Positions 16,003-28,130 of a stretch of DNA of 32,000 bases are shown here, one piece after another (within the stretch, counting starts at the first letter, position 1; the number at the start of each line of letters is the position of its first letter). The stretch is from Acidothermus cellulolyticus 11B (lineage in GTDB: Bacteria > Actinomycetota > Actinomycetes > Acidothermales > Acidothermaceae), in NCBI RefSeq assembly GCF_000015025.1, contig NC_008578.1, forward strand, positions 1,680,001 through 1,712,000, written 5' to 3'. The notes under the pieces are model-generated. The model was not told the DNA's origin. It saw only the letters and a list, made by a program, of their open reading frames with translations, and made no database searches. Both the position numbers and the translations under genes were made by a program.

Positions 16003-17688
16003 CTATACCTCCACCACCATGGGGATGATCATCGGGCGGCGGCGGTAGGTCTCGTTCACCCAGCGGCCGACCGTGCGGCGAACCACCTGCTCCAGTTCCG
16101 CGATATCGGCCATGCCGTCGGCCATGGCACGCTCGACCGACTCATGCACCTTGGGGAGGACGTCGACCAGCGCGGCGTCATCGATGCCGGACCCGCGCGC
16201 GTGGATCTCCGGTCCGCCGACCACCTTGCCTGCGGCGGCGTCCACGACGACGACCACGGACACAAAGCCCTCCTCGCCGAGGATGCGCCGGTCTTTCAGC
16301 GACGCCTCGGTCACCTCGCCGACGGAGATCCCGTCGACGTACACGTAACCGCAGTGCACGGCGCCGACAATCGACGCTTTGCCGTCGACCAGATCCATGA
16401 CCATCCCGTTCTCCGCGAGCAGCACCCGGTCAGCGGGTACGCCGGTGAGCTTCGCCAATTCGCCGTGCGCGCGAAGATGCCGCCATTCGCCGTGGATGGG
16501 AACGAAATTGCTCGGACGGGTGAGGTTGAGCACGTACAACAATTCCCCGGCCGGCGCGTGCCCCGAGACGTGGACCAGCGCATTCCCTTTATGGATGACG
16601 GTGGCGCCCCACCGCCCCAGGCCGTTGATGACTCGATACACCGCCGACTCGTTCCCGGGAATGAGCGAACTCGCCAGCACCACCGTGTCACCCGGTTCGA
16701 TCCGGACCGGGTGGTCGCGGTTGGCCATCCGGGAGAGGGCCGAGAGCGGTTCACCCTGCGAACCGGTGGAGATGAGGACGACCTTTTCCGGCGGCAACGC
16801 ATCAATTTCCCGCGCATCGACGAGGAGGTCACCGGGGACCTGCAGATACCCGAGATCGCGCGCGACTCCCATGTTGCGCACCATCGATCGCCCGACAAAG
16901 GCAACCTTCCGGCCGAACGCGGCGGCGGCGTCCAGCACCTGCTGCACGCGGTGCACATGGCTGGCGAAGCACGCCACGATGATCCGGCGGCCGGCCCGGG
17001 AGAAAATGTCCCGCAGGACCGGGGCGATGTCCCGTTCCGGCGTGACGAACCCCGGAATTTCGGCGTTCGTGGAGTCCGACATCAGCAGATCGACACCCTC
17101 GGCGCCGAGCCGCGCAAAGCCGCCGAGATCGGTCAGCCGTCCGTCCAGCGGCAATTGGTCCATCTTGAAATCGCCGGTGTGCAGCACCAGCCCGGCCGGT
17201 GTACGGATCGCGACCGCCAGGCCGTCCGGAATCGAGTGGTTGACGGCGAAGAATTCGCAGTCGAACGGACCGAGCCGCTCGCGACTGCCTTCCCGGACCG
17301 TCAACGTGTACGGGGTGATGCGATGCTCGGCGAGTTTGGACTCGGCGAACGCCAGGGTGAGCGGCGACCCAACGAGCGGAATGTCGGGCCGCTCCCGCAG
17401 CAGAAACGGAACCGCGCCGGTGTGGTCTTCATGGCCGTGGGTGAGGACGAGCGCCTCGACGGCGTCCAACCGGCCGCGGATGTAATCGAAGTCGGGCAGG
17501 ATCAAATCGACACCGGGCTGCTCAGGGTCGGGGAACAGAACGCCGCAGTCGACGATGAGGAGCCGGCCGCCGAATTCGAAGACCGTCATGTTCCGCCCGA
17601 CTTCGCCGAGCCCGCCGAGCGCGACGATCCGCAGGCCGTGGGGCGGCAACGGCGGCGGCGCACCGAGTTCCGGGTGGGGATGGCTCAC
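16003..17688 (-). CDS. rnj: Ribonuclease J
   Basis: The metallo-beta-lactamase motif LTHGHEDHTGAVPFLL and beta-CASP architecture are present, in a 561-aa protein. The position between dapA and ftsK is conserved. Confidence 0.95.
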   Translation of the reverse strand: MSHPHPELGAPPPLPPHGLRIVALGGLGEVGRNMTVFEFGGRLLIVDCGVLFPDPEQPGVDLILPDFDYIRGRLDAVEALVLTHGHEDHTGAVPFLLRERPDIPLVGSPLTLAFAESKLAEHRITPYTLTVREGSRERLGPFDCEFFAVNHSIPDGLAVAIRTPAGLVLHTGDFKMDQLPLDGRLTDLGGFARLGAEGVDLLMSDSTNAEIPGFVTPERDIAPVLRDIFSRAGRRIIVACFASHVHRVQQVLDAAAAFGRKVAFVGRSMVRNMGVARDLGYLQVPGDLLVDAREIDALPPEKVVLISTGSQGEPLSALSRMANRDHPVRIEPGDTVVLASSLIPGNESAVYRVINGLGRWGATVIHKGNALVHVSGHAPAGELLYVLNLTRPSNFVPIHGEWRHLRAHGELAKLTGVPADRVLLAENGMVMDLVDGKASIVGAVHCGYVYVDGISVGEVTEASLKDRRILGEEGFVSVVVVVDAAAGKVVGGPEIHARGSGIDDAALVDVLPKVHESVERAMADGMADIAELEQVVRRTVGRWVNETYRRRPMIIPMVVEV

Positions 17689-18611
17689 CCGCGCCGCTCC
17701 TCCGCGCCCTCCGCGAATTCGGTGAATCCAGCCGCGGCCATGTCCTCGCGCAGCCGGGCAACCTGCTCAGCGGTGGCGTCGACGAGCGGCGGGCGGACCG
17801 GCCCGCCGGGCAGACCGGCCAGCCGCAGCGCAGCTTTCGCGAGAATCACCCCTTGGGTGCGGAAAAATCCGGTGAAGACCGGAAGCAATTGCCGGTGCAA
17901 CGCGAGTGCGCCGTCGACATCGCCCCGCAGATACGCGGCAATCATCGCGCCGGTCTGGGTGCCGAACACATGCGTGGGGACGCCGACGACACCAACCGCA
18001 CCGATCGCCAACAACGGCAGGGTGTTCTTGTCGTCCCCGGAGTAGTAGGCAAGGTCGGTTCGGGCGAGCACCCACGAACTGGCCTCGAAATCACCCTTGG
18101 CGTCCTTGACCGCGACGATCCGCTCGTGCTCGGCAAGCCGGACCATCGTCTCCGGTTCGATCGCCGTGCCGGTCCGGCCGGGGATGTCGTACAGCATCAC
18201 CGGCAGGCCGGTCGCATCAGCGACCTGCCGGAAATGCGCAAGCAGTCCGGCCTGCGGCGGCTTGGAGTAATAGGGGGTGACGACGAGAAGGCCGTGCGCT
18301 CCGGCCTTCTCCGCCCGCTGCGCCAGCTCGATTGTGTGCCGGGTGTCGTTGGTTCCGACCCCGGCGACCACAGTGGCCCGATCGCCGACGGCGTCCAGGA
18401 CGGCGCGCAACAACCGCTCCTTCTCGTCATCGGTCGTCGTGGGTGATTCGCCGGTCGTCCCGCTGATCACTAGTCCGTCGTTGCCGTGGTCGACCAGGTA
18501 CGTCGCGAGCCGGGCGGCTCCGTCGAGGTCCAGGGCCCCGTCGGCGGTGAACGGAGTCACCATCGCGGTAAGGACCCGGCCGAACGGCGCAGGGCGAAGA
18601 GACGTCGTCAT
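17685..18611 (-). CDS. dapA: 4-hydroxy-tetrahydrodipicolinate synthase
   Basis: Diagnostic segments are FGRVLTAMVTPF..., GTTGESPTT, and the active-site region VAVKDAKGD. The stop overlaps the rnj start by 4 nt (ATGA). Confidence 0.95.
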   Translation of the reverse strand: MTTSLRPAPFGRVLTAMVTPFTADGALDLDGAARLATYLVDHGNDGLVISGTTGESPTTTDDEKERLLRAVLDAVGDRATVVAGVGTNDTRHTIELAQRAEKAGAHGLLVVTPYYSKPPQAGLLAHFRQVADATGLPVMLYDIPGRTGTAIEPETMVRLAEHERIVAVKDAKGDFEASSWVLARTDLAYYSGDDKNTLPLLAIGAVGVVGVPTHVFGTQTGAMIAAYLRGDVDGALALHRQLLPVFTGFFRTQGVILAKAALRLAGLPGGPVRPPLVDATAEQVARLREDMAAAGFTEFAEGAEERRG

Positions 18612-18764
18612 GGTGGTAACCGTACCGCCCGATCGTCGCGAGGAGCACCCCGCCGGTCGAGCAGTCGGGGGTCCACAGGATCGGCGGGGTGCACTCTCAC
18701 TATGACATGATCTCGAGGTGCCGCGGTGCGCATTCCGGAAAACCGGTGAACAGCGCGGGACCGG

Positions 18765-19496
18765 TCACGGCGCCACGCGGCCGTGCGCCTCAAAGGCTTC
18801 GTGGGTGAGCGGCATGAGCCTCGCCCACTCGGCCTCCATCCGCTCGGCGACCATTTCAATCTCACGCTGCGGAAAGCTCGGAAACCGGCTCGACTCCCGC
18901 CGGGTCCGCAACGACAAGAAATTCATCAGCGACCGGGCGTTGAGGGTCACGTACGCCGAGGAGTATATGGCGACCGGTAAAACGCCGCGGGCGACTTCGC
19001 GGGCAACACCCGCGTTGAGCATTTCCAGGTAGGCCGCATACGCCTCCTCACACGCCCGCTTGGTCGCTTCGACCACGATTTTGTACTGTTCAGGGGTGCC
19101 GTCCACGAATTCGTAATGCCCTGGTTTGCCCTGCTGGACGAGTTTGCGATCGGGCGCGGGAACGTAAAAAACCGGGCGGAGCTGACGGTACCGGCCGCTC
19201 TCCTCGTTGTACGACGCAATCCGATGCCGCATCATTTCGCGGAACACGAAAATCGGAGCCTGCACGTAGAACGTCATCGAATTGTGTTCGAACGGTGTGC
19301 CGTGCCGGTCGCGCATGAGGTAATTGATGAGCCCTTTGGACCGCGCCGGATCGGCGTGCACGTCGTCGAGGGATTGCTCTCCTTTGGTGGAGACCCGGGC
19401 GGCGAAAAGAACGTCGGCGTCGCTGGCGGCGGCGCGGATCAGTTCGACGGTGACGTCGCTGCGGAACTCGATCTCCATGGGATGGGGCTCGGTCAC
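18765..19496 (-). CDS. thyX: FAD-dependent thymidylate synthase ThyX
   Basis: The ThyX signature RHRIASYNEESGRY (RHRxxSxxxxSxRY) is present, plus FRSDVTVELI...SKGLINYLMRDRHGTPFEHNSMTF. The start is uncertain: GTG 19496 (GGAG just upstream), ATG 19478 or TTG 19532. Confidence 0.92.
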   Translation of the reverse strand: MTEPHPMEIEFRSDVTVELIRAAASDADVLFAARVSTKGEQSLDDVHADPARSKGLINYLMRDRHGTPFEHNSMTFYVQAPIFVFREMMRHRIASYNEESGRYRQLRPVFYVPAPDRKLVQQGKPGHYEFVDGTPEQYKIVVEATKRACEEAYAAYLEMLNAGVAREVARGVLPVAIYSSAYVTLNARSLMNFLSLRTRRESSRFPSFPQREIEMVAERMEAEWARLMPLTHEAFEAHGRVAP

Positions 19497-19668
19497 GGAC
19501 TCCGACCCTACCGAGCGTGGGCGGACGCGCAAGCCGGGGGTCGGGAGCCCATCCGGACGGCTGGGTGCGGCCGGCAGGCCAGCGAGGCTCGAGGCGTCGT
19601 CCGGGGCGGCGCCCGCCGGCTTGCGGACCGTTGTCAGCCGCCGGGGCTCCCGCCTCTCCCGCCGGGCA

Positions 19669-21251
19669 TCAGCGCCTGGTTTCCCGCGGTCCGGTCTGCC
19701 GCGGCGCGGCCTCCCGCACGCCGAGGTCGGCGAGAATGCGCCGCGCGGCGTTGTGCCCGGCTGCGCCGATGACCGAGCCGGCGGGATGGCAGCCGGCGCC
19801 CGCGGCGTACAGCCCGGGAATACCCGTGGCGTAAGGCATGCGGTCGGTGAAGGCGAAGGAATTGTCGATGTGGTGAATGTGGCCGCCGGTCAAGCCGAAG
19901 TACCGCTCAATGTCCGGCGGCATCAGCGGCAGCATGTCGACGACGAGGTCGGAGGTTCCCGGCGCGAACCGATCGCACAGGCTGAGCAGTTCCGCGGCGT
20001 AGCGATCCCGCTCGCGGTCCCACTCCGCGGCCGCAAGCCGGTAGGGCACCCACTGGACGAACAGCGCCGATGAGTGGTGCCCGTCGGCGTCCCGCAACGA
20101 ATCGTCAAGAGCCGTGTGCACGTACCATTCGATCGCCGGAAATTCCGGGAGCCTGCCGCTCCGCGCCGCCGCGTACGCGGCCCGCAACGCGGCCACGACG
20201 TCGTCCTCGGGCAGGAGGTGAATCGTCGCCGCGCCGTACCCGACGCCGTCGGGCAGACAGCGAAACCGCGGCAGACCGGCGAGCGCCAGGTTGATTTTCG
20301 CGGTCATGCCGGGAGTTTCCCAATGCTCATACCGCTCGGCGAGCGCGGCGGGAATCCGGCCGGCGCCGACCAGCCGGCGCAGTTCGAACGGATCCGTGGC
20401 GGCGACGACGATCTCTGCGCTGATCCGCTCGCCCGTCTCGGTGACCAGACCGGCGACACCCTGGGCACCGCACTCAATGCCGGTGACCCGGGTACGGCGC
20501 CGAATGACGGCCCCAGCCCGCTCGGCCGCCGCGGTCAGCGCCTCGCTGACTGTGCCCATGCCGCCGCGAACGAGCATCCAGGTTCCCTGCGAACCCGGAA
20601 GGCGGCACATGTTGTGCACGAGAAAGTTGTGACCGGATCCCGGTTCATCAAAGCAGCGGGAGAGCCCGGAAATTCCGTCGGTGACCGCGTACATTGCCAG
20701 GATCGCAGGTGTGCGGAACCCGAAACGGTCCAGATAGTCGAGAACACTGCCCCGACACAGCTCGAGGAAAGCGTTGCGCAGGCCCGGCCGGATGTAACGC
20801 TCCGCGGTCTCCGGCACGGAGAGCGGTTCGGCGAGCCATGCGGGCGCGAGATCCTCGCGGAGCGCGGCGAGTTCGGCCTGCATGGCCTCATCAGCCCGCG
20901 CGTCGTCGTCCGTGAAGAATTCTCGGTACTGCCTGACGGCCGCCGCCCGGTCGGCGCCGAGAAGGAGAAACCGGTTCCCTGTGGTGGGCAAGAAATAGTG
21001 CGGATCCCGCCGGATGAGCGGCAGCTCGATGTCGAGCAGCCGGAGCAATTCCGGCGGAACCAGGCCGAGCAGGTATGCGCCGGTGGAATGCGCCAGCTGC
21101 GGTGCGCGGGGAAACGGCCGCTCGGTCCGTGCTGCGCCGCCGGCGACGTCCGCCTGTTCGAAGACGGTGACCCGAAGGCCCGCGCGGGCAAGCAGGGTGG
21201 CGGCGACCAACCCGTTATGCCCGGCCCCAATGACCGCAACCTGACCGGACA

Positions 21252-21252
<1 letters not shown>
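19669..21252 (-). CDS. NAD(P)/FAD-dependent oxidoreductase of the phytoene-desaturase (CrtI / PYROXD2-like) family
   Basis: The N-terminal dinucleotide fold VAVIGAGHNGLVAATLLARAGLRVTVFE is present in a 527-aa protein. The C-terminal GLYAAGAGCHPAGSVIGAAGHNAA is typical of CrtI-like amine-oxidase folds. The ATG shares one base with the dapB stop. Confidence 0.8.
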
Positions 21253-23362
<2,110 letters not shown>

Positions 23363-23374
23363 GCGGCGTCCTCC

Positions 23375-25723
23375 TCAGTGCCGCCGGCGGGTGCGCTGCC
23401 GCCCCTCGCCGCCATGGTCACCGCCCCGACCACGCGGCCGTCCCGGCCCCTGGTGCTCCCGCGGCTGCGGCCCTCCGGCCGAACGCGGCGCGCCGCCGGA
23501 CGCGGCGCTCTCCCCTGCGCCGGCGTCCTCAGCGAGCACCGCGCCGGGAACGTCCACCGGCACCAGGGAGAGTTTGCCGCGTGCATCGATGTCCCGGATT
23601 TCGACTTGGATTTTGTCTCCGACCTTCAGAACGTCTTCGACATTCTCGACCCGCCGCCCGCCGGCCATCTTGCGCAATTCGCTGATGTGCAGCAGACCGT
23701 CCTTTCCCGGCAGCAGCGAGACGAAGACGCCGAACGGCGTCGCTTTGACCACCGTACCGAGGTAACGCTCCCCGACTTCCGGCAATTGCGGATTGGCGAT
23801 GGCGCTGATCGCGGCCCGCGCGGCTTCCGCCGCCGTTCCTTCCGTCGCGCCGATGTAAATGGTGCCGTCGTCCTCGATAGTGATTTCGGCGCCGGTATCG
23901 TCCTGAATCTGGTTGATGATTTTGCCTTTCGGCCCAATGACGGCGCCGATCTGATCCACCGGAATTTTAATCGTGATAATGCGCGGCGCGTACGGCGACA
24001 TCGGCGCCGGCTCGCTGATGGCCTTGGCCATCACGTCCAGAATGGTGAGCCGCGCCTCGCGGGCCTGGGGCAGCGCGGCTGCAAGCACCGAGGCGGGAAT
24101 ACCGTCCAGCTTGGTGTCCAACTGCAACGCGGTCACAAAGTCGCGCGTTCCGGCGACCTTGAAGTCCATGTCGCCATACGCATCCTCGGCGCCGAGAATG
24201 TCGGTCAGCGTCACGTAGTGCGTCTCACCGTCGACCGTGTCGGAAATCAGCCCCATTGCAATACCGGCGACCGGGGCGCGCAACGGCACGCCGGCGTTCA
24301 GCAGCGACAGCGTTGACGCGCACACCGACCCCATCGAGGTCGAACCGTTGGAACCGATGGCCTCCGACACCTGCCGGATCGCGTACGGAAATTCCTCGCG
24401 GGACGGCAGAACGGGAATGAGTGCTCGTTCCGCCAGCGCGCCGTGGCCGATTTCCCGTCGTTTCGGCGAACCGACCCGGCCGACCTCGCCGGTGGAATAC
24501 GGCGGGAAATTGTAGTGGTGCATGTACCGCTTCTTGGTGCGCGGGGAAACGGTGTCCAACTGCTGCTCCATGCGGAGCATGTTGAGCGTCGTCACCCCGA
24601 GGATTTGCGTTTCGCCCCGTTCGAAAAGGGCCGACCCGTGGACCCGCGGCACGATCCCGACTTCCGCCGTCAGCGGGCGGATGTCCGTGAGCCCGCGCCC
24701 GTCGATGCGCACCTTCTCCCGGATAATGCGTTCGCGGACGAGCTTCTTCGTCAGGGCGCGCAGCGCGGCCAGGATTTCCTTCTCCCGGCCGGCGAACCGC
24801 TCGCCAAGCCGGCCGAGCGCCGTGTTCGCCACCTCGTCGAGCGCCGCTTCCCGTTCCTGCTTACCCGCAATGGTGAGCGCTCGCGCCACATCGTCTCGGA
24901 CGGTTGCTGCAACGGCGTCGTAAACGTCGTCCTCGTAATCGCGGAAGAGCGGAAATTCGGTGACCGGCTTGGCGGCGCGCGCGGCAAGCTCCGACTGCGC
25001 GGCGCAGAGGGTGCGGATGAAGGGTTTTGCCGCCTCCAAACCTCCGGCGACCACTTCTTCGGTCGGTGCCGGGGCGCCCTCGCGGATCAACGGAATGGTC
25101 TCCTCGGTCGCCTCCGCCTCCACCATCATGATCGCGACGTCGCCGTCGGGGAGCACCCGGCCGGCTACGACCATGTCGAACGTCGCCCGCTCCAGCTCCG
25201 AGTAGGTGGGAAAGGCGACCCAGGTGCCGTCGATGTGCGCCATCCGCACCCCACCGATCGGCCCGGAGAACGGCAGGCCCGCCAGCAGCGTCGACATGGA
25301 CGCCGCGTTGATCGCGACGACGTCGTACAGATGCTCTGGGTCCACCGCGAGCACGGTGACGACGACCTGCACTTCGTTGCGCAATCCTTTGACGAAGCTC
25401 GGTCGCAGCGGCCGGTCGATCAGCCGGCAGGTGAGGATCGCCTCCTCGCTCGGCCGCCCCTCGCGGCGGAAGAACGAGCCGGGAATCCGGCCCGCCGCAT
25501 AGAGCCGCTCCTCAACATCGACCGTGAGCGGGAAGAAGTCGAACTGCTCTCGAGGTTCCTTGCTTGCCGTGGTTGCCGAGAGCACCATCGTGTCGCCGAG
25601 ATAGGCGACGGCGGAACCGCCGGCTTGCCGGGCGAGCCGCCCGGTCTCAAACCGCACGGTGCGGACGCCGAATGAGCCGTTGTCGATGACGGCCTCGGCA
25701 GTGTGGACGTCGTGGTCGGCCAC
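23375..25723 (-). CDS. pnp: Polyribonucleotide nucleotidyltransferase (PNPase)
   Basis: The start was moved to GTG 25723 because AAGGAGGAG lies 4 nt upstream: [37 protein letters not shown]... There are two RNase PH domains (FPPYSTGE), a KH domain and an S1 domain ([26 protein letters not shown]). The track ORF extends to 25816. Confidence 0.96.
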   Translation of the reverse strand: MADHDVHTAEAVIDNGSFGVRTVRFETGRLARQAGGSAVAYLGDTMVLSATTASKEPREQFDFFPLTVDVEERLYAAGRIPGSFFRREGRPSEEAILTCRLIDRPLRPSFVKGLRNEVQVVVTVLAVDPEHLYDVVAINAASMSTLLAGLPFSGPIGGVRMAHIDGTWVAFPTYSELERATFDMVVAGRVLPDGDVAIMMVEAEATEETIPLIREGAPAPTEEVVAGGLEAAKPFIRTLCAAQSELAARAAKPVTEFPLFRDYEDDVYDAVAATVRDDVARALTIAGKQEREAALDEVANTALGRLGERFAGREKEILAALRALTKKLVRERIIREKVRIDGRGLTDIRPLTAEVGIVPRVHGSALFERGETQILGVTTLNMLRMEQQLDTVSPRTKKRYMHHYNFPPYSTGEVGRVGSPKRREIGHGALAERALIPVLPSREEFPYAIRQVSEAIGSNGSTSMGSVCASTLSLLNAGVPLRAPVAGIAMGLISDTVDGETHYVTLTDILGAEDAYGDMDFKVAGTRDFVTALQLDTKLDGIPASVLAAALPQAREARLTILDVMAKAISEPAPMSPYAPRIITIKIPVDQIGAVIGPKGKIINQIQDDTGAEITIEDDGTIYIGATEGTAAEAARAAISAIANPQLPEVGERYLGTVVKATPFGVFVSLLPGKDGLLHISELRKMAGGRRVENVEDVLKVGDKIQVEIRDIDARGKLSLVPVDVPGAVLAEDAGAGESAASGGAPRSAGGPQPREHQGPGRPRGRGGDHGGEGRQRTRRRH

Positions 25724-25945
25724 GAACTCCTCCTTGGGGATTGGGGAGCCCGCCGCGCCGGAGGTGGTGGCCGGTCTTCGATGGAAGCCTCCGCAGCTTG
25801 CGCTCCCGGAGACCACGACCGAGGACCGGCGGCCAGAGGTCGGCTGGGCTCCAGCTGGTCTTTCCTTGTGTGATTGTGCGCCACGGACGCCGGCCGCGCG
25901 CCGCCGTCATGACGGTGCCGGCAGCCGAGACCGTGGCTCGATCAT
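25724..25945 (-). promoter_or_regulatory. Structured 5' leader of pnp (candidate Actino-pnp RNA motif)
   Basis: This 222-nt untranslated spacer lies between the rpsO hairpin and the pnp start. It holds several GC-rich inverted repeats on the minus strand, for example GCCACGG...CCGTGGC enclosing CCGTCATGACGG, and CTCCG-N13-CGGAG. The position matches the known conserved Actino-pnp element. No covariance model was run. Confidence 0.4.
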
Positions 25946-25975
25946 GCAAAGAGCGGCGTGCCCGCCGCTCTTTGC
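25946..25975 (-). terminator. Perfect 13-bp hairpin immediately after the rpsO stop (terminator / RNase processing hairpin)
   Basis: On the minus strand: TAG-c-GCAAAGAGCGGCG-ggca-CGCCGCTCTTTGC. There are no mismatches and no U-tract. Confidence 0.6.
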
Positions 25976-25976
25976 G

Positions 25977-26246
25977 CTATCGGCGCAGGCCGAGTCGCTC
26001 GATGAGCGACCGGTATCGTGCGATGTCCTTCTTGGCCAGGTACCGCAGCAACCGCCGACGGCGACCGACGAGAAGGAGGAGGCCGCGCCGGCTGTGATGA
26101 TCATGACGGTGCACCTTGAGGTGCTCAGTAAGATCGGTGATCCGGCGGGTGAGCAGCGCGACCTGTACCTCCGGAGACCCGGTGTCACCCTCGGTTGTCG
26201 CGTACTCGGCCAGAATCGAGCGCTTGGTGGCAGTGTCGAGCGCCAC
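25977..26246 (-). CDS. rpsO: 30S ribosomal protein S15
   Basis: The full 89-aa protein is [89 protein letters not shown]. The start is GTG with AGAGGAG upstream. Confidence 0.97.
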   Translation of the reverse strand: MALDTATKRSILAEYATTEGDTGSPEVQVALLTRRITDLTEHLKVHRHDHHSRRGLLLLVGRRRRLLRYLAKKDIARYRSLIERLGLRR

Positions 26247-26299
26247 GGGACTCCTCTGACGAGATCGCTAGTTACCTGACGGCTGAAGTGCCGTCTGCC

Positions 26300-26308
26300 A
26301 ACGTATCA
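26300..26308 (-). promoter_or_regulatory. Candidate extended -10 promoter element for rpsO
   Basis: The minus strand reads TGATACGTT (TGn + TAnnnT) about 55 nt upstream of the rpsO GTG. A 6-bp hairpin GACGGC-acttca-GCCGTC (26278-26295) follows. This is a pattern match only. Confidence 0.3.
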
Positions 26309-26400
26309 CCCGAACCGCGAACGTGTCCCCTCGGCGTCACGTCCGAGACGGCCGCGCGAGGGGTGCCGCCGGGGCCGCTGCCCGGCGTAAGGTGCCAACC

Positions 26401-26982
26401 ATGCGGGTGTTTGTCGCCGGGGCGACCGGTGTGATCGGCATCCGGCTGGTCCCCCTGCTAGTGCGTGAAGGTCACGACGTGACCGCGCTCACCCGCGATC
26501 CCGCCAAGATTCCGAGACTGACCGAGCTCGGCGCAACCGCCGTCGTCTGCGACGTGTACGACCGGGACCGGCTGATCGAGGTGGTTCGGGCCGCCCGCCC
26601 CGAGGTTGTGGTTCACCAGCTCACCGACCTCCCGGACGATCCGGCCCTGCTGCCCGAACGAGCCGCCGCTAACAATCGGATGCGTCGCGAAGGGACGGCG
26701 AATCTCCTCGCCGCAGCCCGTGCCGGCGCCGCCCGGCGAGTGCTCGCGCAGAGCGTCGCGTGGGAACTCCCGGGTGACGGGGGCGCGGCGGTGCGGGAGA
26801 TGGAGACGGCGGTGATCGACGCCGGTGGGGTGATCATCCGCTACGGCCGGTTCTACGGACCGGGCACGTATTACGAGGACGCCCTCCCGGACCCTCCGCG
26901 GATTCACCTTGACGAGGCCGCCCGCCGCACCGTCCCCCTGCTGGACGCCGCGACCGGCGTTGTCGTCGTCGCGGAGCCGTAA
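26401..26982 (+). CDS. NAD(P)-binding (atypical SDR / NmrA-like epimerase family) protein
   Basis: The N-terminal Rossmann motif is MRVFVAGATGVIGIRLVPLLVREGHDVTALTR. The protein is 193 aa, with AAGGTG 6 nt upstream of ATG 26401. The upstream part of the track ORF (from 26323) was rejected. Confidence 0.75.
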   Translation: MRVFVAGATGVIGIRLVPLLVREGHDVTALTRDPAKIPRLTELGATAVVCDVYDRDRLIEVVRAARPEVVVHQLTDLPDDPALLPERAAANNRMRREGTANLLAAARAGAARRVLAQSVAWELPGDGGAAVREMETAVIDAGGVIIRYGRFYGPGTYYEDALPDPPRIHLDEAARRTVPLLDAATGVVVVAEP

Positions 26983-27030
26983 CCACCAGCGGAAACAACC
27001 GGCCCACCGGCCGGCCCGCCGCCGTCGTCG

Positions 27031-28044
27031 TCACGCCGTGACCGTCCGGAGAATGTCCCGGCATCGCGCGACATCGTCGTCCATTTGCCGGCGCAGCTCG
27101 TCAACCTGGGCGAACCGCACCATCCCGCGGATCCGGCGTGCGAAATCCACCGTCACGGATTTGCCGTAATAGTCGAGATCGTCGCGGTCCAGGACGTATG
27201 CCTCGACCCGGCGGACCGTGCCGCCGAACGTCGGGTTCGTGCCGACCGAAATCGCCGCCGGCATGCCGTCAAGCCATCCGGCGTAGACACCATCTGCGGG
27301 AAGCGCAAGGTCGCCGGCGACGGCGAGGTTTGCCGTGGGATAGCCGAGCGAGCGTCCGCGACGATCACCATGCTGGACCTCCCCTTCCAGCCGATGCGGC
27401 CGCCCCAGGGCGACGGCGGCCCGCGCCACCCATCCGGCGGCGATCTGCTGGCGAATCCAGCTCGACGAGACTGTCACCAGTTCGGCCGGCCGGGGGTCGT
27501 CCTGGGCTGCCGCGTGAGCATCGTCGGTGGGCTCGGCTGGGACGGCGAGGGTCAGGAGGTCCACGGCTTCGACCGCGTAACCGAACTGCCCGGCATGGTG
27601 CGTCAGCGTCGTCACATCACCGGAAGCCCGGTGCCCGAACCGGAAATTCGCCCCGACCACGACGGCGGAAGCGTCCAGGCCGTCGGCAAGGACGGTTTTC
27701 ACGAACTGGTCGGGGGTGAGAGCGGCGAATTCTGTCGTGAATTCCACGAGGTACACCCCGTCGACCTGCGCCTGTTCCAGAAGGGCAAGTCTCCGGGCGG
27801 TGGTTGCGAGCAACGGCGGTGCGGCCTGCGGACGGAGAACCCGCTCCGGAATCGGATCAAAGGTCACCGCGAGGAGTGCGCGCCCGGTCTCGTCGGCGTG
27901 TCGCCGGGCCGCAGCGAGGATCTTCTGGTGGCCGCGATGGACGCCGTCAAAGACGCCGATGCTCACCACAGGCCGCGGAAACGCGGCCCGGAGCCCGGCA
28001 AGCTCGGTCGCCGGCGATAGCCCCGTGCCGCGCCAGATGCGCAC
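27031..28044 (-). CDS. ribF: Bifunctional riboflavin kinase / FMN adenylyltransferase
   Basis: The FAD synthetase motif is SIGVFDGVHRGHQ. The riboflavin kinase region contains GRSLGYPTANL and PTFGG. The start is GTG with GGGAGGTGAG upstream. Confidence 0.93.
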   Translation of the reverse strand: MRIWRGTGLSPATELAGLRAAFPRPVVSIGVFDGVHRGHQKILAAARRHADETGRALLAVTFDPIPERVLRPQAAPPLLATTARRLALLEQAQVDGVYLVEFTTEFAALTPDQFVKTVLADGLDASAVVVGANFRFGHRASGDVTTLTHHAGQFGYAVEAVDLLTLAVPAEPTDDAHAAAQDDPRPAELVTVSSSWIRQQIAAGWVARAAVALGRPHRLEGEVQHGDRRGRSLGYPTANLAVAGDLALPADGVYAGWLDGMPAAISVGTNPTFGGTVRRVEAYVLDRDDLDYYGKSVTVDFARRIRGMVRFAQVDELRRQMDDDVARCRDILRTVTA

Positions 28045-28130
28045 GATCTCACCTCCCAGCCTCGCGCGACCATCTTGGCATGGCCCGGAAGGTCTGCCGT
28101 ACGCCGCCGCCCGCGCAGCCGCTGTTTCCG

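Noticed and set aside
16694-16703. GGTTCGATCC, a tRNA T-arm-like string.
   Set aside because: It lies inside the well-supported rnj coding frame and has no surrounding acceptor, D or anticodon arm complementarity. No tRNA genes were found anywhere in the window.
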